IMG/VR virus record: IMGVR_UViG_3300032516_002776
Coordinates: 1-51,047 of that record
Length of the DNA stretch: 51,047 nt
Strand: one strand, 5' to 3'
DNA from: a virus
Lineage: Duplodnaviria > Heunggongvirae > Uroviricota > Caudoviricetes
Positions within the stretch are counted from its first letter, which is position 1. Every line of letters begins with the position of its first letter. A program made the position numbers and the translations under genes. Below the pieces are notes generated by a model. It was not told the DNA's origin. It saw only the letters and a program-made list of their open reading frames with translations, and searched no databases. Positions 17,861 through 27,911 of the stretch are shown piece by piece.

Positions 17861-19345
17861 ATGGAAAGATTAGAATTTAAAGAATTTTTAAAAGAAATCG
17901 TTGGCGAAATGATTGGCAAGGAAGAAGAACAACCATTAGAAGGTCAGTGTGCGTGGTGTTTAAGAAGGACTCGCAATGGAAAGGCGATTGGTTCACCTCT
18001 ATCCGCAAAATTACCAACTGCTTCCCATGGTATATGTCCTGAATGTAAAGAAAAGTTTTTTGATAATGGAAAAGATAGACCTTTAAATGAGGCAGAAGGA
18101 TATTGTCCTAAATGTGCCAGTAGATTGTATTCAGGCGATGCGGAATATATGGATAAAACTGGTGTATGCTCTAATTGTGTGACCTATGATAAAACTCTTG
18201 ATAAAAGATTTTATAATAAATATATTCAAGCTACCAAGGCTGATAAATCATTGGCCAAAAAAACGAATAACGAAGATAATAAATTTGATGATGCTGCTAT
18301 GAGCGTTGACCACGAAGAAACTTCTCGAGATAAGGCCCATAAAATTCTTCAAAAAAAGATGGGAAGTAAATATAATAAAGAAAGGGCTGACAGAGCAATA
18401 TTCCGAGCACGATTATCTCAATTTGATAAGAATAATGCAAAATTGGATGAAAATGTGATTAGATTTCGCGTTGGTGATACTTTTACGGTAACACAAAAAA
18501 GCTGGCAAAATTGTGATAATAACGCAAGAAGCATTAAGGCCTATCCAAGCTTCGACTTTGTTGCAAAGCTAAAGACATATATTGGTAAAGAAGGAAAGGT
18601 GACACATGCATTTCCTCCGGGTTATACATTTACAGGGGAATTTGAAGATGGTAAAGCGTTTCATTTGCAAGACAATTGGGTGGAAAAAACAGGCCAATTG
18701 GATATGTTTAATGGTCCCCTTGATGAATCTAAACTGAAACTTAAAGAACAAATAAAGAAAATGATAAATGAAGCGGGGGAAGAACCAGAACCAGGCTTGG
18801 AATTGCTAGGACCTGTTAATGCAAAATTTCACGCAGAAGACACTGTGACCATAGAAGATTTTACATTGCAGATTAAGATGATCTATAATTCGTTCAATAC
18901 ACGGCCTCATGATGAAGATTTGACTACAAATCATTATAAATTTGTTGGACATACTAGAGATGGAAAAGCTTTTGGAGGATTGATTCCTGTTATATTATTA
19001 GATGGTGATGGCAAAAAATTTGATAAACAATTAAATTTTCCGGGAATGCCAACAGGACACAATGAACAAATCAGAGAGAATACTGAAGCCGAACTATCAT
19101 TGGGTAAAGTTGTTGCAAAATTTAGAATTGGAGACAAGCTTCACTTCGGCCATAGAGGTATAATTATAAGAATAAAAAAAATAATACAACTTAGATCAAG
19201 TTATACAGAAACCGACATAGACCATTATATGATTGATGCAAAAACACCAGATTCAAAATATTTTGAGGGATTTATTCCTGTTGTAATTGCAGATGCAATA
19301 GGAAAAAAATACAGAAATGTACCATATAATTATGGTTGGAAATAA
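17861..19345 (+). CDS. Modular hypothetical protein: two Zn ribbons, helical segment, three SH3/KOW-like modules, separated by LNE/LDE/INE/IRE sites
   Basis: Start moved to 17861 (GAGGA SD); CAWC..HGICPEC; CPKC..CSNC; 'FRVGD', 'FHAED', 'FRIGD' modules. Confidence 0.6.
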   Translation: MERLEFKEFLKEIVGEMIGKEEEQPLEGQCAWCLRRTRNGKAIGSPLSAKLPTASHGICPECKEKFFDNGKDRPLNEAEGYCPKCASRLYSGDAEYMDKTGVCSNCVTYDKTLDKRFYNKYIQATKADKSLAKKTNNEDNKFDDAAMSVDHEETSRDKAHKILQKKMGSKYNKERADRAIFRARLSQFDKNNAKLDENVIRFRVGDTFTVTQKSWQNCDNNARSIKAYPSFDFVAKLKTYIGKEGKVTHAFPPGYTFTGEFEDGKAFHLQDNWVEKTGQLDMFNGPLDESKLKLKEQIKKMINEAGEEPEPGLELLGPVNAKFHAEDTVTIEDFTLQIKMIYNSFNTRPHDEDLTTNHYKFVGHTRDGKAFGGLIPVILLDGDGKKFDKQLNFPGMPTGHNEQIRENTEAELSLGKVVAKFRIGDKLHFGHRGIIIRIKKIIQLRSSYTETDIDHYMIDAKTPDSKYFEGFIPVVIADAIGKKYRNVPYNYGWK

Positions 19346-19354
19346 CAAGATAGA

Positions 19355-20629
19355 TTGATGAGAACGATTGCAATATATCCTGGACGATGGCAACCTTGGC
19401 ATAAAGGTCATAAGGCAAGTTATGATTATTTAGTTGCTCAATATGGTCTTGAGAACGTTTATATTACATCCACGGATGTTACAGATTCATATAAATCTCC
19501 ATTTACATTTGAAGAAAAGAAAGAGATGATGGTATTATCAGGAATTCCTGCTGATAAGATTCTTTTGGTAAAGCAACAATACAATTTAAAAGCGGTTGCG
19601 CCATTAATAGCTGGATTTAATATGAATACCGATAGAGTATTATTTGCTATATCAAGAAAGGATATGTTAAGCGACCCACGATTTAATAATTTTATGTTAA
19701 AAAGCGGACAGCCTGCTTATTTGCAGCCTGCTCCAGAAGATGTTACAAAAATTGAGCCAGCCGTAAAGCATGGTTATCTGATAGTAGTACCAACTAAGAT
19801 GTTTTCGGTATTAGGAAATGCGGTGAAATCTGCATCAGGTTTAAGGGATATGTATAAGAAACTTACGCCTGAGAAAAAGAAACAATTTATAATTGATTTA
19901 TTTGGTAAATTTGACAAGAATGTTTTTACTATGTTGAATAATAAATTGAGTGGAAACATTAAATTAAAACCTATTGCTGAAGCCCTTTTGGAAGCACATG
20001 GAGAATATAAAGGTTGGAAATTAACCTATTATCCAATTGGTTCGCAACACTGGAAAGCAAGTCGCTTTGGTGTAAATATGTGTGCGAATTCAAAAGAATT
20101 GTTAATACAAATGATTGATAATAGAAAAGACGATTTAAAAGAAGATGAGAGCAAACCACTTGAATCTGGTTGGTATGAATACAGAATACTTGGTATTGCG
20201 CCTGAAGTACCAGAGGGACATGAATTTCGTAGCAAAATAGCTGATTTGGAAAATCATCCCTACTTATGGGCAGATGAGTGCCCATACTCATTTCGTGACC
20301 GTGGCCAAATAAGTGTAAAAAAGAATGATGCATTAAAAGAAGATGATGGGGAAATTGCTCCGCATTCAAAAGATGCACAAAGAGCAAATGTTTTAGCTGC
20401 TACACAAATGATTAAAGCAAAGCAATTCAATACTAAAGATGCTCAAGATTCTTTAAAAACCGCAAAAGATAAATTTTTAAATACAAAATCGACAGATGAA
20501 CCGGATGTAGTAGACCGAGCAAAGGAAACAATGAAGCAAAAGGAATTATCTTTAAAAGCGCAAAAAAACAATTTAGCCGCTGCGCAAAAGAAATTAGTAG
20601 CAGTTAAACAAGGAAGTCCATTGTCATGA
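19355..20629 (+). CDS. HIGH-motif (cytidylyltransferase-like) nucleotidyltransferase with C-terminal accessory modules
   Basis: 'IAIYPGRWQPWHKGH', 'SPFTFEEK', 'SASGLR'; then LLE, LKE, LKE sites and a coiled-coil tail. Confidence 0.75.
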   Translation: MMRTIAIYPGRWQPWHKGHKASYDYLVAQYGLENVYITSTDVTDSYKSPFTFEEKKEMMVLSGIPADKILLVKQQYNLKAVAPLIAGFNMNTDRVLFAISRKDMLSDPRFNNFMLKSGQPAYLQPAPEDVTKIEPAVKHGYLIVVPTKMFSVLGNAVKSASGLRDMYKKLTPEKKKQFIIDLFGKFDKNVFTMLNNKLSGNIKLKPIAEALLEAHGEYKGWKLTYYPIGSQHWKASRFGVNMCANSKELLIQMIDNRKDDLKEDESKPLESGWYEYRILGIAPEVPEGHEFRSKIADLENHPYLWADECPYSFRDRGQISVKKNDALKEDDGEIAPHSKDAQRANVLAATQMIKAKQFNTKDAQDSLKTAKDKFLNTKSTDEPDVVDRAKETMKQKELSLKAQKNNLAAAQKKLVAVKQGSPLS

Positions 20630-21645
20630 AATTATTAGGTTTAATACCCAATACTTGCTTTAACATATTGACCGAAGGAATGGAATCGGATTATTATGTT
20701 AAGAAAACCACTCCCGACGAGGTTGCTGATTTATTATTGCGTGGCCATTATCTTGAAGCGTGGCCGTTTGCTGGCTCCGATTTTAAAAATTACATTTATG
20801 GAATTTACATTAGAAGCTCGGCAAATAAAACTGCCTTGCTTGGACTTGATGTAGCCACTAATGATTCTTTGGTGGGCTGTGTGGTTTATGGTTATGCAGA
20901 ACCTCATGCATCTTCTTATGTTTCCAAATGGGTGCGTGGCTTATTAAATCCTGATGAAACAGTTGATTCAATCTATGATAATTTAAGAAATATTGTAAAG
21001 AAAGATTCCGAAGAAGAAGTAAAAGCAAAGCAACGCGGTTATGAATATAAGTCAAAAGCAAAGCCGGTTGTATTAAATTTGTTGAATTCGACGAATATTC
21101 AAGACGCTCAAATTCTTGAGCTTAAACGATTGTATATTCTTCCAAAATTTGACACAAAAAATATAGAATCATTTTCTATTGCTAAGGCCAATGAATTTAT
21201 TTTTCAAGACAATCCAATGGTGCAAGCTATTTTGTCATTTTCCGATTCAAGAGTGGGTCACCACGGAGGAATTTATCAGGCAACAAATGCGGTATATGCA
21301 GGAATAACAAAACACAAATTACATCGGTATGTATACCTACGGGATAGTCTGACCAATTTAATCAAGAAATACCGAACGGCTTATGATGAATTAGTGTTTA
21401 ATTATCCAAAGAAAGATGACCTTAAAATTCCTATACAAAAATTGGGACCGGTCGATGATAAAACAAAAGGTGAGCGAGCATCTTTAGTAGCATTAAAGAC
21501 TAAATTGGCCAGTTTAACTGACCCAGCATTAAAGACAGCGTATCAAAATGTAATAAAGCACCTTGAGCAGCCAGAACAAGGTATGTTTGATCTTAGAAAA
21601 CAGAAGAAACTGGCAGAAGATAATGATGAGGAAATAAACATATGA
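20626..21645 (+). CDS. Mom-like GNAT-fold (DNA-modifying acetyltransferase-like) protein
   Basis: 'ELKRLYI', 'ILSFSDSRVGHHGGIYQATNAVYAG' parallel the protein at 46622; N-terminal 'ILTE' site. Confidence 0.6.
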   Translation: MKLLGLIPNTCFNILTEGMESDYYVKKTTPDEVADLLLRGHYLEAWPFAGSDFKNYIYGIYIRSSANKTALLGLDVATNDSLVGCVVYGYAEPHASSYVSKWVRGLLNPDETVDSIYDNLRNIVKKDSEEEVKAKQRGYEYKSKAKPVVLNLLNSTNIQDAQILELKRLYILPKFDTKNIESFSIAKANEFIFQDNPMVQAILSFSDSRVGHHGGIYQATNAVYAGITKHKLHRYVYLRDSLTNLIKKYRTAYDELVFNYPKKDDLKIPIQKLGPVDDKTKGERASLVALKTKLASLTDPALKTAYQNVIKHLEQPEQGMFDLRKQKKLAEDNDEEINI

Positions 21646-21881
21646 ATAAACAAGGATTAAAACGATTGATAAGAGAAGTTATAGATGAAGAAGCGATCGA
21701 GAAGGTTGAATATGCGGTTTTGTATCGCGATGCTGGCAACCGTGGAATGAATACATCGAATAATCGTGCCCGCCTTTGTACAAAATCGGAGCTTGATAAT
21801 ATAATAAGAGATGCCTTGCCGCAAATTTCGAAGATATATAAGCTTACAGAAATTCCTATTAAATCTTCTAATTTAAATTAA
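21642..21881 (+). CDS. Hypothetical protein with KxxLKRLIxEVIDE motif
   Basis: MNKQGLKRLIREVIDE. Confidence 0.6.
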   Translation: MNKQGLKRLIREVIDEEAIEKVEYAVLYRDAGNRGMNTSNNRARLCTKSELDNIIRDALPQISKIYKLTEIPIKSSNLN

Positions 21882-21931
21882 TAATATAATAACTTGAAAT
21901 TTTACCAAGTTAACTATATATTATTAAAGTT

Positions 21932-22816
21932 ATGGAAGACCAAAAAATAAATATCACACGCGGTAATGTTGCGCCAACAACTACCAGTCCAAAAGTAGAA
22001 ATTCCAAGTGCGGTTCGAGCCGCAATGCAAGCCTCTCAACCAGTTGAGAAACAAAAATATCCAAGCGAACCAATTGGTTTGCCATCGGAAGGTTTCTTTT
22101 ATGATGAAGCTAGTCCACTTAGCAAAGGTACTGTAGATATTAAGTATATGACAGCTAAAGAGGAAGATATACTTACTTCACAGAATCTTTTAAGAAAAGG
22201 TGTAGTGCTTGAGAGACTTCTTGAAAATCTTATTGTAACTCCTGGTGTAAAATTAAACGATATCTTAATTGGTGATAAAAATGCGTTGTTTGTTGCAGCC
22301 CGCCGATTGGCTTATGGCGATAGTTATGGGCCGATTGAAATAACGTGCCGGGGCTGTGGCGAAGAGAATAAGAAAACAGTAGATTTGTCTATTGTAAAGA
22401 ATAAAGAATTTGATTTTTCAAGATTTACCAAAGGCCAAAATAGCTTTGAATTTGAATTGCCTATGTCAAAAAAGAGAATAATATATAAACTCTTGAACCA
22501 CAAAGATGAAAGTGCAATTGATAATGAAATTACTGCTATGGCTAAAGCATCAAAAACAGGAACTTCTCCAGAAATAACCACAAGATTGAAAGCAATGATT
22601 GTGTCAATCGACGGAAATTCAGATAGAATGTATATTAACAAATATGTGGAGACAGAGTTGACTTCACGAGATAGTTTAGCATTACGGCAGCAAGTGGCTG
22701 ATAGTATGCCTAATGTTGATATGGAATTTGATTTTGTTTGTGACCATTGTAATCATAAAGAAAGGATAGACATACCGCTCACGGTACAGTTTTTTTGGCC
22801 TAACACAAGAGTATAA
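21932..22816 (+). CDS. Baseplate hub / tail assembly chaperone (T4 gp26/gp51-family-like)
   Basis: 'LPSEGFFY', 'IKYMTAKEEDIL', 'ILIGDKNALFVAARRLAYG', CxxC x2, ends 'FFWP'; immediately upstream of the tape measure gene. Confidence 0.8.
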   Translation: MEDQKINITRGNVAPTTTSPKVEIPSAVRAAMQASQPVEKQKYPSEPIGLPSEGFFYDEASPLSKGTVDIKYMTAKEEDILTSQNLLRKGVVLERLLENLIVTPGVKLNDILIGDKNALFVAARRLAYGDSYGPIEITCRGCGEENKKTVDLSIVKNKEFDFSRFTKGQNSFEFELPMSKKRIIYKLLNHKDESAIDNEITAMAKASKTGTSPEITTRLKAMIVSIDGNSDRMYINKYVETELTSRDSLALRQQVADSMPNVDMEFDFVCDHCNHKERIDIPLTVQFFWPNTRV

Positions 22817-23012
22817 AGTTGGCCTTCACAAACAGTTGTTTGAGTTAAGTTATTTTAGTAATGGCGCAATAAATGTGGATATTGCGTATAACCTACCGAT
22901 TCATATGCGCAATTTTTATTATCGGTTTCTCACCGAAATTAAAGAAAAAGAAGCGAAAGCACAAGAAAACCCTAATACTATATCACCGAAAGCTATAGCA
23001 AAACCCTTCTAA
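22791..23012 (+). CDS. Unlisted overlapping ORF (+1 frame), probable frameshift extension of the tail chaperone
   Basis: Read by hand: FFGLTQEYKVGLHKQLFELSYFSNGAINVDIAYNLPIHMRNFYYRFLTEIKEKEAKAQENPNTISPKAIAKPF*; begins in the T7 run 22790-22796; the only ATG is late and internal. Confidence 0.7.
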   Translation, partial: FFGLTQEYKVGLHKQLFELSYFSNGAINVDIAYNLPIHMRNFYYRFLTEIKEKEAKAQENPNTISPKAIAKPF

Positions 23013-23017
23013 CATAA

Positions 23018-23025
23018 TATTTATA
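23018..23025 (+). promoter_or_regulatory. Putative late-promoter motif TATTTATA (tape measure)
   Basis: 4 nt upstream of the tape measure ATG. Confidence 0.55.
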
Positions 23026-23029
23026 TATT

Positions 23030-25636
23030 ATGGCTGATATAATAAAAACGGAGGACATTAAAAATACTGAGGTTGGTCTTGACAAAGTTAGTAAAAAAGC
23101 GTCTGAGTTAAGAGATTTAATAAAAGAGCAAACTGTAGAATGGAAAAAAGTTGTTAGCCATGTTAATGAATTAAAACGTTCAATGGGTATACATGTTGAT
23201 TTAATGTCTAAGACAGAAAAAATCCAAGATAGAATACGCGGGACATTATCAGCAATTTCCAAGAGAACTGTTGTTGAGACGATGATGCTCAGAGAAAAGA
23301 AAAAAATCTCTGATAGTATTATGTCCTTGGAGAACGCCCTTCTCATTGCAAAGAAAAGTGGAAGCCAGGAAACTATAGATGCGTTAGAATCGAGCCTAAT
23401 TATAAACCGGAAGGACCAGAATCTGGCCACAGAGGGACTAGATCTAGCTCATAAAAGACTTGTGCATGCCAAAAATGTGCTGAAGATTAAAGATGAAGAA
23501 TATAAACTTGCTCTAAAAAATGAAAATTTAAAAGCTGGTGTCATTGCCGGAATGAGATCTATAGCAGGGTTGGCCGGTGAATCCGCGTCCGGAATGTCAA
23601 ACTTTGTGAGTTCAATGAAGGAAGCCGGCAAGGCAGGTGGACCAATAGGATTAGCGTTACAATTTATAGTAGAGGTTTTAAAATTTGGTTTTGCTAAATT
23701 TTTAGAAATTGATAAAGCGGCATTTGCTTTAAGAAAAGATTTTGGATTATTGCGCGATGAAAGCAAGACTTATTTTAATATAATTAGAGATACTTCTGTT
23801 GAGATGATAGGATTTGGTGTTACCTCAGAAATTGCACAAAAATCTGTTAGTGCTATAGCCGACCAATTTACAACCATACAGGCATTAGACAAAGATATGG
23901 TAAAACAAATGAGTTTAGTAAGTACTCAACTGGGAATTTCCGAGGAAACATCAGCTAAATTAAGCAAGACAATGGCAACAATGTCTGGCAAATCAACCAA
24001 AGAAGCATCCGCAAATATGATGTTATTTACAAGAGAAATGGCAAAGGCGGCAGGCGTGCCATTGGCTAAAGTATTAAAAGATATAGCAAATATTTCAGAA
24101 GACGTGCGTTTAACGTTTAGTGGTACAACCAAGAAGTTAGTTGAAAGTGTTGTTGAAGCTAGAAGACTTGGTATATCAATTGATAGTATGGCAAAATCTT
24201 CTTCTAAACTTTTGCATTTTTATGATTCCGTAAATCAAGAAATGGAAGCTAGTGTGTTGTTTGGAAGAAACATAAATATGCAAGAAGCTCGACGATTGTC
24301 CTTTATTGGAGACATTGAGGGAGCAAACAAAGAAATATTGAGACAAGTTAGTATGCTTGGTGGTTTTGATAGAATGAATTATTTCCAAAAGAAGGCATTA
24401 GCAGATTTAACAGGTAAGAGTATTGAAGATTTACAAACAATGACGCAACGGGAAAAAGATATGAATACGTTGCGTTCAACTGGAAATGCGGATGTACAAG
24501 CAGCTTTGCAGAAACAGGATGATGAAAAACGAAAACTGCAAAATTTGGATGAACATGGATTAGAATCCTTAGAAAAAACATTTTTAGCCGAAGTAAAGGC
24601 TAAAGATAATCGTGAAAAAATGGCCGCTCTGCAATCGAAATTTAATGAATTGATGATGAAATTGTCAGAGGTTTTTATACCGATTGCTGATGTATTATTA
24701 TCACTTGCTATTAAAATAATGCCTGCTATTTCTATGACTGCTGTGGTGATTGGCACGTCTTTTAAGTATATTGCAACATGGCTTAGGTTTATTGGACTTC
24801 ACGGTGGCATTTTTAGTAAAATATTTACTCCGCTTAGTAGAATTGCACTTTTTGCGGCAAAATGGTTAGAACCTATTGGTTGGGTAATATTGGCACTTCA
24901 GGGTCTTGCAAGTTGGTATAAAAGAATATTTGGAGAAGGTGGAATACTTGACGATTTTAAGGGTAAAAATTTTGGTAAAGGATTTATAAAAGTGTTATCC
25001 TTACTTTTTGGTCCGGATTTAATCTATGACATTGTAGTAAAACCAATTTTAGAAGTATTTGAAGGATTTGGCTTTGAATTTGCAAGAAAGTGGATTGATG
25101 GACTTGAAGCGGCGGGTGGAAAGATAAAGGATGCATTGGCGTATCCATTTGAATGGGCATGGAAAGAAATTAAAGATTGGTTTGGATATTCACCATCAAA
25201 ACTGGGTTTATTAATTATTAAAGGTATATCTTCTGTTGGAAGAGAATTATTAAATATTTTAACAATGCCATTTAAAAATGCATGGCAATTTATTAAAGAC
25301 ATTTTTAGTGTGGGTGATATTGGCCAACACATTTTAGATGTATTTAGTTCAATTGGAGAAATATTATATGATATAATTATTGCGCCATTTAAACGGGGAT
25401 TTGACTTTATTATGAGTCTTTTTCCGTCCGCATTTACAAGTGGTCCAACAATAGATTTAAATGCTCCACCAACAGCTGTGACTTCTGCCACAACAACCGA
25501 TCAACAAACTGTTTTGAATGAAAATACCGACAGAGTTGTTGACAAACTTGACGAATTGATTACACAACTAAAAAATGGTGGAATTGCTGTATATCTTGAT
25601 GGCAGACAAGTTAACAAACAGCTGGCCGCCCTTTAA
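23030..25636 (+). CDS. Tape measure protein
   Basis: 868 aa, long helical Ala/Lys/Glu-rich region then hydrophobic aromatic-periodic repeats; ends 'VYLDGRQV'; follows the chaperone gene. Confidence 0.85.
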   Translation: MADIIKTEDIKNTEVGLDKVSKKASELRDLIKEQTVEWKKVVSHVNELKRSMGIHVDLMSKTEKIQDRIRGTLSAISKRTVVETMMLREKKKISDSIMSLENALLIAKKSGSQETIDALESSLIINRKDQNLATEGLDLAHKRLVHAKNVLKIKDEEYKLALKNENLKAGVIAGMRSIAGLAGESASGMSNFVSSMKEAGKAGGPIGLALQFIVEVLKFGFAKFLEIDKAAFALRKDFGLLRDESKTYFNIIRDTSVEMIGFGVTSEIAQKSVSAIADQFTTIQALDKDMVKQMSLVSTQLGISEETSAKLSKTMATMSGKSTKEASANMMLFTREMAKAAGVPLAKVLKDIANISEDVRLTFSGTTKKLVESVVEARRLGISIDSMAKSSSKLLHFYDSVNQEMEASVLFGRNINMQEARRLSFIGDIEGANKEILRQVSMLGGFDRMNYFQKKALADLTGKSIEDLQTMTQREKDMNTLRSTGNADVQAALQKQDDEKRKLQNLDEHGLESLEKTFLAEVKAKDNREKMAALQSKFNELMMKLSEVFIPIADVLLSLAIKIMPAISMTAVVIGTSFKYIATWLRFIGLHGGIFSKIFTPLSRIALFAAKWLEPIGWVILALQGLASWYKRIFGEGGILDDFKGKNFGKGFIKVLSLLFGPDLIYDIVVKPILEVFEGFGFEFARKWIDGLEAAGGKIKDALAYPFEWAWKEIKDWFGYSPSKLGLLIIKGISSVGRELLNILTMPFKNAWQFIKDIFSVGDIGQHILDVFSSIGEILYDIIIAPFKRGFDFIMSLFPSAFTSGPTIDLNAPPTAVTSATTTDQQTVLNENTDRVVDKLDELITQLKNGGIAVYLDGRQVNKQLAAL

Positions 25637-25666
25637 TAATTGAATTTGGTTGATATATATTAATGT

Positions 25667-27898
25667 ATGCCTATATCATTTACAAGTCAAATAGTCCAGA
25701 CATATAATACTGCTGACCACAATAATTTATATCATAATTTCCCCAGTCCATACTCTGGCGGACAATCTTCCGCTCAATTGCTTAGTTTTGGATATAAACA
25801 GCCATATATTTACATTTATCCGGATGATGGCCATAAAGGTTTAAATCGACTAAAACGATATGAAAATCAAGCATTGCCGCTTGGTTCTGGTCACCAAGAT
25901 TTACTTAGAATTTCTCGGTTCTTTGCTTCTGGATATGGTGCTACTTTTTTATTAAATCAAACATTTTTGCAGTCCAGCCAAGCATTTAATGAAACAAGAC
26001 TTTATAATCCATTATTGCCTATTCAGGCCGCTCTACGTCCTGCATCTATGTTTTTGATACCACGGCCATCACGTTCTATTGATGTTTCTAGTCCTTTAGG
26101 CATACTTGGTACATTTACAAATGGATTGATTGGCGGGGCTGGACATAATCCAGTTTCAGGAACAACAAAAAATATTCCGAGTAATTTACCTAATAGCACC
26201 GCTGCATATTCGGGATTAATACGATTTGGCACTGCAAGAAAAGGAGCGGTCCACTTTAATAGTGTTTATGCTTCAACGGCAAATATTAGTAATTTATTTT
26301 CAAATGCAATAAGTCAATTAGCTGGACCGGTTGCAGCTATATCTAATACAATAACAGGAATAATGTCACCATTTAGCAATCCGATTCAGTTGACAGTTGG
26401 TGGGAAACCAGCTTTATATAGAGCCGACGAAGATGCATATACTGTATTAATTTCTGATATGAGTTCTAAAATGGCAGACCAAAGTCATGAAAAAGCGTTA
26501 AATGTTCAGAAATATACTAATACTCTTTTAGCTAGAGGTCCATGGAATTCTCCGTCTTTAATTCCTGGAACATATGAATATATAAATTCCAACAATCGCT
26601 CGGCAGTTTCTCCATTAGAGAAAAAATTATCAGAATATGATCCTGATATTCTTGACCCAAAGAATAGCAATACAGTAGTTGAAAATTATAGTCAAATATC
26701 AAGAGAGAATGAAATAATTAAACAACTGAAGAAATTATTGACCAATATAAGTCCGGATTATAGTAAAAGTGAGTATAGTTTGAATAATTTAACCATAGTA
26801 AACACAAATAGAGAAAATGGTATTGATAAAATTTATAAATATGATGCTTATAGTGCTCCTAAAAATGGATATGAAAATAATTATAAATTATTAAATGAAA
26901 GAGATGTTCTTAGCAGTCAAAATTTTAAGGGATTTCCTGGGTCAGGCCAAGTAGATAAAATTAATATATTAACAGTTTTGGAAAAAGATAAATTTGATAC
27001 AGCTAATTCATACCAACCTTATAATGATGATCAGATAGCATTTTATTTTCACGATTTTGTAAATGACAGATATATTCCATTTAGAGCAACAGTAAAAGGT
27101 ATATCAGAAAATGCAGCAGCAGAATGGGATATGATTACATATGTAGGACGTGCGGATAAATTATACAATTATAAAGGATTTACAAGACAATTAAATTTTG
27201 GTTTCCATGTAATTGCTAATAGCATAAAAGAATTATTACCAATGTGGACTAGAATAAATTATTTAGCTACATGTGTTAAACCATCAGGATATAAGGATAT
27301 AGAATTTAATGTAGAAAGTGAGAATTTAAAATATACCTCTAAATTTGTTATACCACCATTGATGGCAGTTACAATTGGAGATTTCTATAAAGAGCAACCA
27401 ATTATAATTCAAACAATAGCAATAACAATTCCTGATGATGCATTATGGGAAACATTATCAGAAAAATATGCGAAAAATAATAATTGGACATATCTACAAG
27501 ATAGAATAATATGGAATGATTCGCACAATAGATATGCTCAATTTCCAAGAGAATGTGAAATACAAATAACATCAAATGTTCTTGAACAATCATTTCCACA
27601 AATTGGCAAGCATAATTTTGGTGGCTTTAATTCTCCTGTTGGAAGTTTTTCAAAACAACTTATTGTTGGACAAGACTCTACTATTTCGGTATTTACGCCA
27701 ACATTGAATTCTAAAGGCATAAAAAATGCTTCTCCTGGAACACCACGGGTTATTGTTCAATTACCAACAGAAGATCCGTTGAATACAGCTTTACCTTTCT
27801 TGCCAAAGGCGCCTCCGAACATTCCATTGTTGATAAATGGCAATCCTAATCCGTTTGGTAATCTTGGTGGTGTGGGACCCCTTGGCGGAGGACAATAA
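25667..27898 (+). CDS. Baseplate/tail-tube-initiator-like protein
   Basis: C-terminal half 'IPFRATVKGISENAAAEWDMITYVGRADKLYNYKGFTRQLNFGF' is a tube-like baseplate fold signature; follows the tape measure gene. Confidence 0.65.
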   Translation: MPISFTSQIVQTYNTADHNNLYHNFPSPYSGGQSSAQLLSFGYKQPYIYIYPDDGHKGLNRLKRYENQALPLGSGHQDLLRISRFFASGYGATFLLNQTFLQSSQAFNETRLYNPLLPIQAALRPASMFLIPRPSRSIDVSSPLGILGTFTNGLIGGAGHNPVSGTTKNIPSNLPNSTAAYSGLIRFGTARKGAVHFNSVYASTANISNLFSNAISQLAGPVAAISNTITGIMSPFSNPIQLTVGGKPALYRADEDAYTVLISDMSSKMADQSHEKALNVQKYTNTLLARGPWNSPSLIPGTYEYINSNNRSAVSPLEKKLSEYDPDILDPKNSNTVVENYSQISRENEIIKQLKKLLTNISPDYSKSEYSLNNLTIVNTNRENGIDKIYKYDAYSAPKNGYENNYKLLNERDVLSSQNFKGFPGSGQVDKINILTVLEKDKFDTANSYQPYNDDQIAFYFHDFVNDRYIPFRATVKGISENAAAEWDMITYVGRADKLYNYKGFTRQLNFGFHVIANSIKELLPMWTRINYLATCVKPSGYKDIEFNVESENLKYTSKFVIPPLMAVTIGDFYKEQPIIIQTIAITIPDDALWETLSEKYAKNNNWTYLQDRIIWNDSHNRYAQFPRECEIQITSNVLEQSFPQIGKHNFGGFNSPVGSFSKQLIVGQDSTISVFTPTLNSKGIKNASPGTPRVIVQLPTEDPLNTALPFLPKAPPNIPLLINGNPNPFGNLGGVGPLGGGQ

Positions 27899-27911
27899 TT
27901 AAAGATAATAT

